Virus record (IMG/VR): IMGVR_UViG_3300036853_000446
Coordinates: 124,001-188,000 of that record
Strand: one strand, 5' to 3'
Length of the DNA: 64,000 bases
Shown: positions 39,990-48,773 of the stretch, piece after piece
Position numbering within the stretch: position 1 is the stretch's first letter
How the letters are laid out: every line of letters starts with the position of its first letter
Notes under the pieces: model-generated
Told to the model about the DNA's origin: nothing
Databases searched by the model: none
The model's input: only the letters and a program-made list of their open reading frames with translations
Made by a program: the position numbers and the translations under genes

Positions 39990-40260
39990 TGCTGCGGCTC
40001 GTCATCACGACGATTAGGTGTGATGCGGGGCCCCCACGGCCAAGATCTTCCGACCCTGGACGTGAGGACCCCGCCTCACGGACAAACCAGGAGAGGTGTC
40101 CACTGTTCTTCCACCGACTGCCAATCGGTGCCCGGACGACCGGGGGCCGAGACGGCCAGAGCCCGCGCCATTGCGGGGGTGTGCATCTCGCGTTTCTCCG
40201 GGGCCTAAACCCCGGCGAACGTGGCACCAAGTCCTGTTCAAATTTTCAAAGATCAAAACC
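39990..40260 (-). ncRNA. Candidate multi-hairpin ncRNA within tRNA array
   Basis: Five consecutive hairpins between 40062 and 40157; no credible ORF. Confidence 0.35.
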
Positions 40261-40276
40261 CATGAAGGGTTCGAAG

Positions 40277-40347
40277 TTCAGGCACTAGGATTCGGACCTA
40301 GATATCGGCTTTCAGAGAGCCGCGTCTTACCGTTGGACGATGCCTGA
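40277..40347 (-). tRNA. trnQ: tRNA-Gln(CTG), TCCG T-loop
   Basis: CGGCT-CT CTG AA-AGCCG. Confidence 0.87.
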
Positions 40348-40352
40348 ATAGG

Positions 40353-40424
40353 TTCGGGAACTCGGAATCGAACTGAGATTCACGGCTTCAAAGGCCGGTG
40401 TCCTACCAATTGGACGATTCCCGA
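40353..40424 (-). tRNA. trnQ: tRNA-Gln(TTG)
   Basis: CCGGC-CT TTG AA-GCCGT. Confidence 0.87.
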
Positions 40425-40495
40425 ATGACATTAGTTGCACCACTGCAACACTGACTTTAGATACACGTTTCTCTGACGCCGACGATCGTCGGCAG

Positions 40496-40566
40496 TGGTT
40501 CCCCAGAGGATCGAACTCTGATCGATCGGTTAAGGGCCGATTGCTCTACCGTTGAGCTAGGAAACC
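40496..40566 (-). tRNA. trnK: tRNA-Lys(CTT), C33
   Basis: ATCGG-CC CTT AA-CCGAT. Confidence 0.88.
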
Positions 40567-40577
40567 GCTTGATGCGG

Positions 40578-40650
40578 TGGGTGCGGCGAGCCACGATCTC
40601 GCATCGTTCGGTTTAAAGGACCGACGCTCTGCCAATTGAGCTACACACCC
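40578..40650 (-). tRNA. trnK: tRNA-Lys(TTT), C33, ATCGTGG T-loop
   Basis: TCGGT-CC TTT AA-ACCGA. Confidence 0.82.
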
Positions 40651-40731
40651 ATGAGGGTTGCGATAGCTAGGCTTGCGTTTGAGACGCCATCGTTGAGTCA
40701 TGATCGAAGACCCCTTTCCTTGTTTGGGGTG

Positions 40732-40816
40732 TGAGTCCGTGAAGAATTGAACTTCTTAGGCCTAAAGCCGCGACGTTTACAGCGTCGCCCGTGTCCCAGC
40801 ACGCTCATCCGGACCC
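40732..40816 (-). tRNA. trnY: tRNA-Tyr(GTA)
   Basis: GCGACG-CT GTA AA-CGTCGC, long variable arm. Confidence 0.75.
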
Positions 40817-40892
40817 AATGATTTCAGCTTGTTTGATGCTGCTTCGTTCAAACTCAGATGTGAGGGCGCCTTCGAATTGCGCCCCAGAAACG

Positions 40893-40925
40893 AAAAACCC
40901 GCCACTTCTTCAGAAGGGCGGGTTC
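40893..40925 (-). terminator. Terminator upstream of tRNA array
   Basis: AACCCGCC/GGCGGGTT stem followed by TTTTT on the minus strand. Confidence 0.6.
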
Positions 40926-41420
40926 GGGTTGGTCTCTTCGACCAGATCCTACTACCGCCCTACGTACCCATCTCCTGGCTCGGACCCGCGAAATTGCGAA
41001 TGGAGACGGGGCTTTCATGCTTCGGCGTACGGCCGTCCGCGCACAAATCGCGACCAGCGAGGTCTGCGCCGACGCCATACACGCTATACCCTTGTGCACA
41101 CCACGACTCGCCAGCCGCGAGGGCTGTTCCGAGTATTGGTGATTTGGGGGCGAGGGCGAACATGGGAGGTCTCGTTGACGGTATGTATCGGATCGAGAGG
41201 GGTCGAGAGAATGAGTCTCGGTCCCCGCGCATATGTCTTACGGCCACGAAAGGGAGCTTGCAAGGGGGAAAATGGATTTTGTTTTGCTCTCGTCCTGAGC
41301 CACCGAACACCTTAGCCACCGAACAACGGCTGACCGATCACATCGCCCACCGTGGTCAGGCGGAGGGCACTCATGCTCAGATCGAAATCATGCGTCAGCA
41401 CCGGACGGAGGCCATCCGGG

Positions 41421-42065
41421 TCAGATGCTCGCCTGTGTGATGAGCATCTCGCCGTCGAAGCCCGTCTCGGTCACGTTGCCCGTCGTGAGGTAGAGTGGCT
41501 GGAAGGGAACCCACGGCGCGAGCGGGACCGTGACGAGGCTCGACTCCGGCATGGCGACGTCGTTCATGGTCACCGACACGTGGTGCACGCCGCTGATCGG
41601 ACGGGCGGCTCCCCACGCGACCGTCATGTGGATGAGCGCGCCCTGAGCGAAGCCCGCCATGGTCGTAGCGGCCCACGCGGCGACGGTTATCCCGCCCACG
41701 TCGTGGACGCTACCGACGGCCTGACCCGCGGCGTTGACCCCGAGCGTAATCAAAGGTGCGACGGTCGTTGCATAGGCCGACTGCGCGATCACGATACTGT
41801 GAGCGCCACTGCCCATCGTGAACCAGACGTCGAGCGTACCGCGCGCCGCGCCCACTCTCGGACCCACCTGAGGGTCGACCAGGTTGAAGCGCCCGTTGCC
41901 CCTTGCCACGAACGACTGCCCCGCGAGAATCGGGTACGACCGCAAAGGTGCCATCGAGTTGCCGCGCCACGAGGCCGCGCTCGCGGTGATACTCGCGACG
42001 GGGGTGCCCTGCCGGAAGTCCACTAAGCGGCCGGGGATCGAGGGGGAAACGGTCGAGGTGATCAT
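41421..42065 (-). CDS. Beta-rich LamG/ConA-like putative structural protein
   Basis: GTLDVWF, IHMTVAW, VSVTMND, FDGEM pattern. Confidence 0.5.
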   Translation of the reverse strand: MITSTVSPSIPGRLVDFRQGTPVASITASAASWRGNSMAPLRSYPILAGQSFVARGNGRFNLVDPQVGPRVGAARGTLDVWFTMGSGAHSIVIAQSAYATTVAPLITLGVNAAGQAVGSVHDVGGITVAAWAATTMAGFAQGALIHMTVAWGAARPISGVHHVSVTMNDVAMPESSLVTVPLAPWVPFQPLYLTTGNVTETGFDGEMLITQASI

Positions 42066-42100
42066 GCGCTGAGCGAGCGGACAAAAGGAAAGCGCACCGC

Positions 42101-42808
42101 TTACGACGCTACTTCCCATCTGTCCGTACTCAGATAGTCGTTTAGGCGGAACCGGAACATGGGGTAATCCCCATCTTTGGCGCCGATGAACGACGACGAC
42201 GTGACCTTTGTGACAAGCCAGATGCTGCCATTCCCGACGCCCTCACTATACCAAGAGGCATCGACGCATTTAACCTTCATCCCTGGAGTCAGCTTCGGCT
42301 TGTCCACCAGGCCACTCCACTCAAAATACTCCGGTAACTGCTGGCGAATTTCCTTCTCCAACTGGTCCTTCGTGTAACTTCGGCCGCCGGTTGCCCTCGC
42401 GAGAGCGCCACTCCACTCGGGCACTTCAAACAGAGGGACGATAAACGCGACGTCTTCTTCATACCAGTAATAACCCCCCTTTAGTTCGCCGATGCGGCGC
42501 GCAGCCGGACTCAACAACTTACGGGCGACGCCGCTAGCGACACCAAGGCCGCCGTGGCCTGGGGTGCTCACCCACCGGACGCCGCGCGCGATCTCGTCAA
42601 CGGTCTGAGCGGCGCCCCACGGTGTTGATGGCCCGGAGCCGTCAGGGAACTGCTTGCTCGCGGCTTCGACATCATGCCCGGCGACACGGTAACTCAGATG
42701 CCTCAAAGCAGCAGCCAAACGCGCTCGTGACGGATTGGGGGTGCGAGCGAGCCTAATGACCGCGGCTAGCTCAGCTTGAAGCTCAATTGCGTTACTGATC
42801 TTCTGCAT
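42101..42808 (-). CDS. KIASP-leader protein
   Basis: MQKISNAIELQAEL..NPSRARLAAALRHLSYRVA; cargo TPWGAAQ..WYEED. Confidence 0.8.
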   Translation of the reverse strand: MQKISNAIELQAELAAVIRLARTPNPSRARLAAALRHLSYRVAGHDVEAASKQFPDGSGPSTPWGAAQTVDEIARGVRWVSTPGHGGLGVASGVARKLLSPAARRIGELKGGYYWYEEDVAFIVPLFEVPEWSGALARATGGRSYTKDQLEKEIRQQLPEYFEWSGLVDKPKLTPGMKVKCVDASWYSEGVGNGSIWLVTKVTSSSFIGAKDGDYPMFRFRLNDYLSTDRWEVAS

Positions 42809-42871
42809 TTTGAGGAGAGCCCTTTCCCATCCAACGGAACATCAATGGATTCACAGACCGAAAGTGAATCC

Positions 42872-43165
42872 ATGATTACGCCGTCCCTCTTCACGGTGGG
42901 AGAACTGGTGAAATGGTTCGTCTATATCCTCGAGAGCGAGACGACCGCGCTCACATACACGGGGGCAACCACGAACTTCCCCCGACGGCTCCGGCAACAC
43001 AACGGCGAACTGATCGGCGGGGCCCGCTCGACCTTTCGGGGCCGCCCGTGGAAGCTCTTCCATCTCGAAGGGCCGATGGGAAAGTTCGAAGCGCTTCAGC
43101 GCGAGTACGCGATCAAACGGATGTCGAGGGCAAAAAAGCTCGCGCTCGGACCGCCCGAAGGCTGA
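42872..43165 (+). CDS. GIY-YIG (SLX1-like) nuclease
   Basis: FVYILES..TYTGAT..RRLRQHNGE..GGAR..RPWKL. Confidence 0.88.
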   Translation: MITPSLFTVGELVKWFVYILESETTALTYTGATTNFPRRLRQHNGELIGGARSTFRGRPWKLFHLEGPMGKFEALQREYAIKRMSRAKKLALGPPEG

Positions 43166-43182
43166 CGGTACGGCTACAAAAC

Positions 43183-43548
43183 CTACGCCCTCGGCTTGAT
43201 CTTCATCAGAGCCTGGTGAAAGTCATCGGCTGCGTGCTGGATGATTATGGCCGCCGGGACGTGATCACGGCTGATCTTCTGCACGCCGAGCGCCAGCCAA
43301 CCCAGGCACTCATAGATGTTGTTGGCCGTCTGATCCCCCTTGGCCGCCTTCTTGAGGTCGGCGACGGCCTTCTCGATATCCGCCAGTGCATCCTTCGGCG
43401 GCGCCGGTTCGTCGACCGCAGCCACGACGCGGTTGGCCAAGCCCTCGAGGAGGACGGCAATCTTCCTTCGGGAGCAACCGTCGGTGACCTGCGCGAGGAC
43501 CCGTCGAATTTCGGTCTGCAATTGTTGAGGTGTTGCGATCTCGGGCAT
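43183..43548 (-). CDS. KIASP-leader protein
   Basis: MPEIATPQQLQTEIRRVLA..SRRKIAVLLEGLANRVVAA. Confidence 0.78.
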   Translation of the reverse strand: MPEIATPQQLQTEIRRVLAQVTDGCSRRKIAVLLEGLANRVVAAVDEPAPPKDALADIEKAVADLKKAAKGDQTANNIYECLGWLALGVQKISRDHVPAAIIIQHAADDFHQALMKIKPRA

Positions 43549-43651
43549 TGGCGAATTCCTCAACGATCCAACGTCAATCAAAGGTTCCTCGACGACTTGC
43601 GATCCTCGCAGATCGACCTTGTCGGGACCCTCGAGAAAAGCCAGCCGCGTG

Positions 43652-43996
43652 TCACGCCACGTGCCGCGGTCGATCGGGACGACGGATCTTCGTGGGCCCG
43701 ATCAATTTGTTTCGAGCGTCGAGCCGAGCCAGCACGTCAGCAACGGGGTCCCTGACGGCCAACTCCGCCCGAGAAGCGAGCCGGGCCCGAATCCGCGCCT
43801 CCCTGCGCCCGCATTCCTCCGTCTTCGCGTAAGCATCGTCCTGCCTCAACCGGCGCATCCCCTCTCGGCTGCTTTTTCGGGAGCACAGCCGGCAACGGCT
43901 CTGGAGCCCCGAGGGACGGTCCCGACGGGCATTGAAGTCCTCTGCTGGGAGGTCCTCGAGACAGCGAGAGCAGCGCGGCACCGGTAGACGATACAC
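43652..43996 (-). CDS. Zn-finger protein (endonuclease VII N-terminal-like)
   Basis: CSRC..F..R..R.SGLQSRCRLC; no catalytic domain seen. Confidence 0.55.
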   Translation of the reverse strand: MYRLPVPRCSRCLEDLPAEDFNARRDRPSGLQSRCRLCSRKSSREGMRRLRQDDAYAKTEECGRREARIRARLASRAELAVRDPVADVLARLDARNKLIGPTKIRRPDRPRHVA

Positions 43997-44452
43997 CTCT
44001 CGAGTTCACCACGATATCGAGAGGGGATGTTCAGGAGGTCGGTCACGACCTCACACGACCCCGCACCGCTGGAGGTAGGGGCGGACACCTATCCTTGAAG
44101 AAAGGGTGCTCTTCAACGTTTCACGATTCACAACAAGTTACTCACAGTGACACCACACCCACACTGGGGTCTCACGGTCAAATCGCGCTCACCGAGAATC
44201 CTCAACCTTTGGGTTAACACCAGGTGCGAAAAACGCCCTCACCGTGGAGAGAACCTCCAAATAGGTCAGGCCGCGTCGCGTGACGCTGTCATCGGCTCAT
44301 CCAGTAGCCATCGATGCCGGTCGTTCTCTCATGACCGTGTTCGTCGAGATAGGAGAAGTACCGAGCCTTTACCTCGAGAACGGTCTGTCGCTCGACGTGG
44401 ACTTTGCCCGGGTCGCCGTGGCCATGCCGGTAGTCGCTCTACAGGTTCACGA

Positions 44453-44794
44453 TCAGCCTTTGCTTTTCTTGACCTTAACGATGTTCTTCTCGCTGGCGAT
44501 GTCGGGGGTGCCATGACGACCGCCCATGTTGAGGACCCATCCAGCGGGACCCTTCATCACGGCCTTGCCCGTATGTTCCTTGCCAAAGCGGTCGACGATC
44601 GTCACCCGATCGCCCCGGCCGATGCTGTCAACCAGGGCCTCGGGATCGTCGGAGGCTTCCTTGCCGATGACCTCATTCGCCAGGCGTTGTAGCTCGGAAG
44701 CGATCCGGGATCGGGATGGCCTCGCCGAGCGGGCATACGCGAGCAAGTCGTGAAGATCAGACTGGAGTTCCTGAGGTGAAGCGATCTTGTTCAT
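44453..44794 (-). CDS. KIASP-leader protein with small SH3-like cargo
   Basis: MNKIASPQELQSDLHDLLAYARSARPSRSRIASELQRLA; GDRVTIVDRFG. Confidence 0.82.
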   Translation of the reverse strand: MNKIASPQELQSDLHDLLAYARSARPSRSRIASELQRLANEVIGKEASDDPEALVDSIGRGDRVTIVDRFGKEHTGKAVMKGPAGWVLNMGGRHGTPDIASEKNIVKVKKSKG

Positions 44795-44993
44795 GTGATG
44801 ATGACCCTCAGACCTTCTGAGACCACAAATGAAATCTGCGCCTCATAGGGCGCCCGAGCCAAGTCGGATGAAGTCTCTTGGCGCTGAACTACTTGGACCG
44901 AAGCCAGTCCAACTTCTCTTCGTCGCCAGGGGTCGGCGTTCGCGCTCGTCCTTTCACAGTCAGGCCTGAAGACCGTAAGATGAAACCGGTCCG

Positions 44994-45749
44994 TCAACCA
45001 CGGTCCATCTCGGTTTCCAATCGCTTGATGAAGTCCGCAGTAGGCATCCCGCGGATGTCCAGAAACAGCGAATCTTCGTTCAGGTAGACCGCTTGTGCCT
45101 TAAACCAGACGGTGTTGTCGCGGTCGTTCCGTCGCTTTGCCCACGGCACCTTCAAGTTCGGCTTCACCTGCCAACCGTGTTGAGGCAGCTCTTGCAGGAT
45201 ACGGGCGCGGGCATCCGGATACTTCTCGTGGCGGAGGTCGCCGGGCAGGCTCTGCTTGCGATCCTTCTCTACGCGGCGACGCTCGGGTCCCAGTTCTTTC
45301 GCACGGTCCCGAATCTTCTGCCCGTCAGCCCGCTCCTGCTCCCTCTGGCGCTTCATCGACTCGATCTGCTGCTCGAGCACTCGCTCGGCGCGTTGCCGTT
45401 CACGCTCGTCGTCCCGATCCTTCTCCTCGAGCACCTCGGGAATCTCGAACTTGGCGACGAAGGCGGCATCCAGGATCTGTGCAGCGTCGCCGTTTCCGTG
45501 ATTTTGCGCCTTCTGGACGGCTCTCCACCGAGCGGCGTCTACTTCGTCGGGACTAGGCCGAGCCCCGGATGGGAAGCCGAGAAGCTTGAGGGCCACCTCG
45601 TATTTTTGATGGTGAGTGCTCGCAAGCCTACTGGCCAAGCTCCGCAGATGTGTGGCGATCCTTTTCCGCGAAGGGGTGCCTGTCCGCGTATACGCAAGAA
45701 CGGCTCGAAGTTCGTCCTGCAGCTCGGTAGGGGATGCAATTTTCTTCAT
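44994..45749 (-). CDS. KIASP-leader protein with degenerate J-like segment
   Basis: MKKIASPTELQDELRAVLAY..PSRKRIA; LKLLGFPSGARPSPDEV without HPD. Confidence 0.8.
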   Translation of the reverse strand: MKKIASPTELQDELRAVLAYTRTGTPSRKRIATHLRSLASRLASTHHQKYEVALKLLGFPSGARPSPDEVDAARWRAVQKAQNHGNGDAAQILDAAFVAKFEIPEVLEEKDRDDERERQRAERVLEQQIESMKRQREQERADGQKIRDRAKELGPERRRVEKDRKQSLPGDLRHEKYPDARARILQELPQHGWQVKPNLKVPWAKRRNDRDNTVWFKAQAVYLNEDSLFLDIRGMPTADFIKRLETEMDRG

Positions 45750-45788
45750 GAGACTCCTCTCTCCCGAGGTCCACAAATCGAATAATCG

Positions 45789-46445
45789 TTGATTCCGCTG
45801 GCTTGGTGGATGATCCCGGCCCAGGTCCAAACCCAGCTCGAGGCCGCGAGCGTCGCCGTTCGGCGCCAAGCCCATGGTCGACGGCGCGCCTCGAAGGCCT
45901 TCTCGTCGGCCATCTGCGGCGACGAATGGGACGGCTTCATCGAGCAGTGGGCGCCCGTCTGCTACGCCTTCGTGGCGGAGGCCCTGGGCCCTTACGCGAC
46001 CGAGCCCGCTTCCCAGGTTCTAGCCCTGAGTGACGCCTCGCACTCAGCCGGTGCCAATGCCTCGTTCGAACTGGGGTCCGGCCAGGTCCGACTCTCACCG
46101 AGCATCGTGCGGGGCAAGCCGGGGATCACGCTCGAGAAGCTCACACACGAGTTTACCCACGGGGCGCTCGCCGCCTTCCCCGAGGGTGACATGTTCTATG
46201 AGGAGGGATTTTGTGACTACTCCGTCTGGGTCATGGCCCACGCACCCATCTGGGGGATGCACCGCCAGGACATGATCGACGCCGCGGCGTTCAACATCGC
46301 GTGCCGCCGGGATCGAGCCATGCGAGATCTGTCGGACTACGACCGGAAGCGGTGGGCGGGCGGCGTCTTCTGCTCGGCGATGCATGGGCCCTGGATTATC
46401 GCCAAGCTCAAGATGCGCAAACTCGAGGGAACCCTCTACTGGTGA
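45789..46445 (+). CDS. Putative HExxH metallopeptidase
   Basis: THEFTHG..EEGFCDY. Confidence 0.65.
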   Translation: MIPLAWWMIPAQVQTQLEAASVAVRRQAHGRRRASKAFSSAICGDEWDGFIEQWAPVCYAFVAEALGPYATEPASQVLALSDASHSAGANASFELGSGQVRLSPSIVRGKPGITLEKLTHEFTHGALAAFPEGDMFYEEGFCDYSVWVMAHAPIWGMHRQDMIDAAAFNIACRRDRAMRDLSDYDRKRWAGGVFCSAMHGPWIIAKLKMRKLEGTLYW

Positions 46446-46456
46446 GAACCTCAGTT

Positions 46457-46711
46457 ATGCACAGCTACGACTACGACCGTCGCGTTTGGCCCAGGCTCGC
46501 TTCTACCGAATGGTCATGGAAGCCCGTATCTGGACCGCCCGGCACGGGGTACGTTACGAGCAATGGCCGCGCAGTTCTCCACAAGCAGGGTCGAGATTGG
46601 TTCCTCACCCTCGACGGTAAAGACCACCCGATCCACTCCCGCAAACCGGGCTTTGATCACGCCGAGACGATCCTACAGCGCGAGCTTGGACGTGGCTACG
46701 ACCGCCACTGA
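46457..46711 (+). CDS. small protein with YDYDRR leader
   Basis: MHSYDYDRRVWPRLAS. Confidence 0.72.
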   Translation: MHSYDYDRRVWPRLASTEWSWKPVSGPPGTGYVTSNGRAVLHKQGRDWFLTLDGKDHPIHSRKPGFDHAETILQRELGRGYDRH

Positions 46712-47078
46712 TCGCGAGCACATATCCCGGATTTTACTCATCGATGACGAGGATCTCATCGTGCGAGCCGTGCGTCGGATGCTCGAGGCCGAGACTCAAT
46801 TCGAGATCTGCTCCGCCTGTGACGGTGAGACCGGCCTCGTGGCATTTGAAACGGAGCCCCCGTTCGACGTCCTGATCACGGACATCCATCTACCGGATAT
46901 GTCTGGCACCACGCTAGCTCGAAAGCTTCGCATTCTGAAGCCGGACCTGAAGATCATTTTCATGTCGGGCGCCATCCCAACCGATATCGATCCGTCGGCG
47001 GGAACCCTAACGAAGCCCTTCCGCCACGATGACCTGATGCACGCTTTGGAAAACGCTTTGGAGTCAAGACGTCTCTAG
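46692..47078 (+). CDS. Single-domain CheY-like response regulator receiver
   Basis: ILLIDDE, LITDIHLPDMSG, IIFMSG, TKPF; start uncertain. Confidence 0.88.
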   Translation: MATTATDREHISRILLIDDEDLIVRAVRRMLEAETQFEICSACDGETGLVAFETEPPFDVLITDIHLPDMSGTTLARKLRILKPDLKIIFMSGAIPTDIDPSAGTLTKPFRHDDLMHALENALESRRL

Positions 47079-48077
47079 GTATCGGGCCGCCACGCGCCGA
47101 CTCGCGTTCGTGCGACGGTCGATCAAGGTGGCCGCGTGCTCGAACGTGCTCGCGTCCCATTCGTCCCAGTGGGGTAAACTCGCCAAGGCCACCTTACGGC
47201 TTCTCAAGACCTCGAGGACCTGTTCCACGGCATCCTCGACCGTGGCACTGATGCCCTTCACGTCGCAGTCCGTGGAGAACTGCGCGTAGAAATCTCGGAA
47301 AGAGTCAATTATATCGCGGCATTTGAAGACGGCATCTTCTAGGCGCGACGGGACCACCGCGGCGTCGTCATCGCTACTGACCGAAAGGGCGAGCAGCTCG
47401 TTGAGGCGTCCCGACTCTTTATCGAGTTCCTTGTACACGTCCATATACTTGCCGAACTCCACGCAAAGGCTTGTCAGACCCACGACGCTGATCAGCTTTT
47501 TTGCCGCGGTCGTGCGTTTGCTCAAACCTTTCAGTTTGGAACTCGCCCGTGACGCCTGCTCCAAGACGGCTTTTGAGCCTCGGACGATGTCCTGCATGCG
47601 CCGCTGTCTCTTGCCGGTCGTCGTCTTGACGGCCAACTCCGCAAAGTCGTGCAGCTCGTCCACGGTGTCAGCAAAGTCGTCCTTGAGATATTCACGCAGA
47701 TCGACCCGCCAGGAAAGATAGAGATGGCTGATTTCTCTGACCGTCCTCTCGAAAGCGGTCGTGGCACGTTGCTTGGCCTCTTTGATGGTGGCCAAGTCGA
47801 TGCGCCGCTGACTCGTGTCCGTCCCCACCTCCGTACGGTCGTTGACCCGCTTGCCCTCGAGGACCTCTTTGGCCACGTTGATCTCGACCATCATCGTTGG
47901 GCTCCCACCGCGGTCGGGATGGTGCTCTTTAGCTTTCGATTTCCACGCCTTGTTGATCTCGGCATCCGAGGGGCTCGAGCCAGGCGGGAAGCCGAGCACG
48001 TCCTTGGCCTCCTCGAGCGTCATTGCCGTCCGGAGCCATCGGGCGGCGGTCTGGTAAGCGTCATGGCGGTGTGGCAT
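47064..48077 (-). CDS. DnaJ J-domain protein with AARWL leader and RVAARYL tail
   Basis: AKDVLGF..INKAWKSKAKEHHPDRGG. Confidence 0.85.
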   Translation of the reverse strand: MPHRHDAYQTAARWLRTAMTLEEAKDVLGFPPGSSPSDAEINKAWKSKAKEHHPDRGGSPTMMVEINVAKEVLEGKRVNDRTEVGTDTSQRRIDLATIKEAKQRATTAFERTVREISHLYLSWRVDLREYLKDDFADTVDELHDFAELAVKTTTGKRQRRMQDIVRGSKAVLEQASRASSKLKGLSKRTTAAKKLISVVGLTSLCVEFGKYMDVYKELDKESGRLNELLALSVSSDDDAAVVPSRLEDAVFKCRDIIDSFRDFYAQFSTDCDVKGISATVEDAVEQVLEVLRSRKVALASLPHWDEWDASTFEHAATLIDRRTNASRRVAARYLETS

Positions 48078-48185
48078 GGATCCTCGTAAGGACACGGCCT
48101 ATAAGAGGTTCCGACGCTCAGAACCCTGGGGACGGCGCCTCCACGGCTCTAGCTTTTCGCGTCCACGGCCGGCGTGCAGGTCGCC

Positions 48186-48530
48186 TCAACGCTTCAAGCT
48201 CAACACGAGCCTCAACCCCGAATCCAGATCTTGAATCTGACGCTTTGGCAGTGTCCCGATCCGCTTGTCAAAGAGCGACTTGTCGATGGTCATGACCTGG
48301 CACACCAGGATGACGGAGTCCTTCTTCAGACCACTCGTTTTCGTGTCGAGTCGGACATTGCCCACAGCAAGAGCGCGCTGCAGATTGGACGTGATGGGAG
48401 CAACCATCACGGTCGAAAGGCGACTGTCGGTCAATAAATCATCCTGCACTATGACAACCGGACGTTCGAACGCGGGAGCCGACCCTTTGGGCTCGCCGAG
48501 ATCGACATACCAGATCTCACCACGCTTCAT
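48186..48530 (-). CDS. mazF: MazF/PemK-family endoribonuclease toxin
   Basis: KRGEIWYVDL..RPVVIVQ..VAPITS..CQVMTIDK. Confidence 0.92.
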   Translation of the reverse strand: MKRGEIWYVDLGEPKGSAPAFERPVVIVQDDLLTDSRLSTVMVAPITSNLQRALAVGNVRLDTKTSGLKKDSVILVCQVMTIDKSLFDKRIGTLPKRQIQDLDSGLRLVLSLKR

Positions 48531-48766
48531 TCCTCGGTCCAATCGACCGCCAGCAAGGCCTTGCGGGCAGCTTGGCGCCGCAGCTCGTCCTCGTCGCCGT
48601 CCGCAAATGCCGCGTCATAGGACGCCTTGACGCTCGCTTCGAGGCTGGTCGCCAGGTACGCTTTGACCGCCCGCGTGAAGAACTCGCTCCGAGACATGCC
48701 GAGCTGCGCAGCGGTCGCTTCCGCTTCCTCGAATACCTCGTCCGGAATCGAGATTGCAGTCTTCAT
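48527..48766 (-). CDS. Ribbon-helix-helix antitoxin
   Basis: MKTAISIPDEVF..LGMSRSEFF; ATGA overlap with toxin. Confidence 0.88.
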   Translation of the reverse strand: MKTAISIPDEVFEEAEATAAQLGMSRSEFFTRAVKAYLATSLEASVKASYDAAFADGDEDELRRQAARKALLAVDWTEE

Positions 48767-48773
48767 CGACCGA

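Noticed and set aside
40150-40230. Cobalamin riboswitch (CCCCCGCAA motif; genome has NrdJ)
   Set aside because: Lacks the GGGAA and B12-box elements and is far from nrdJ
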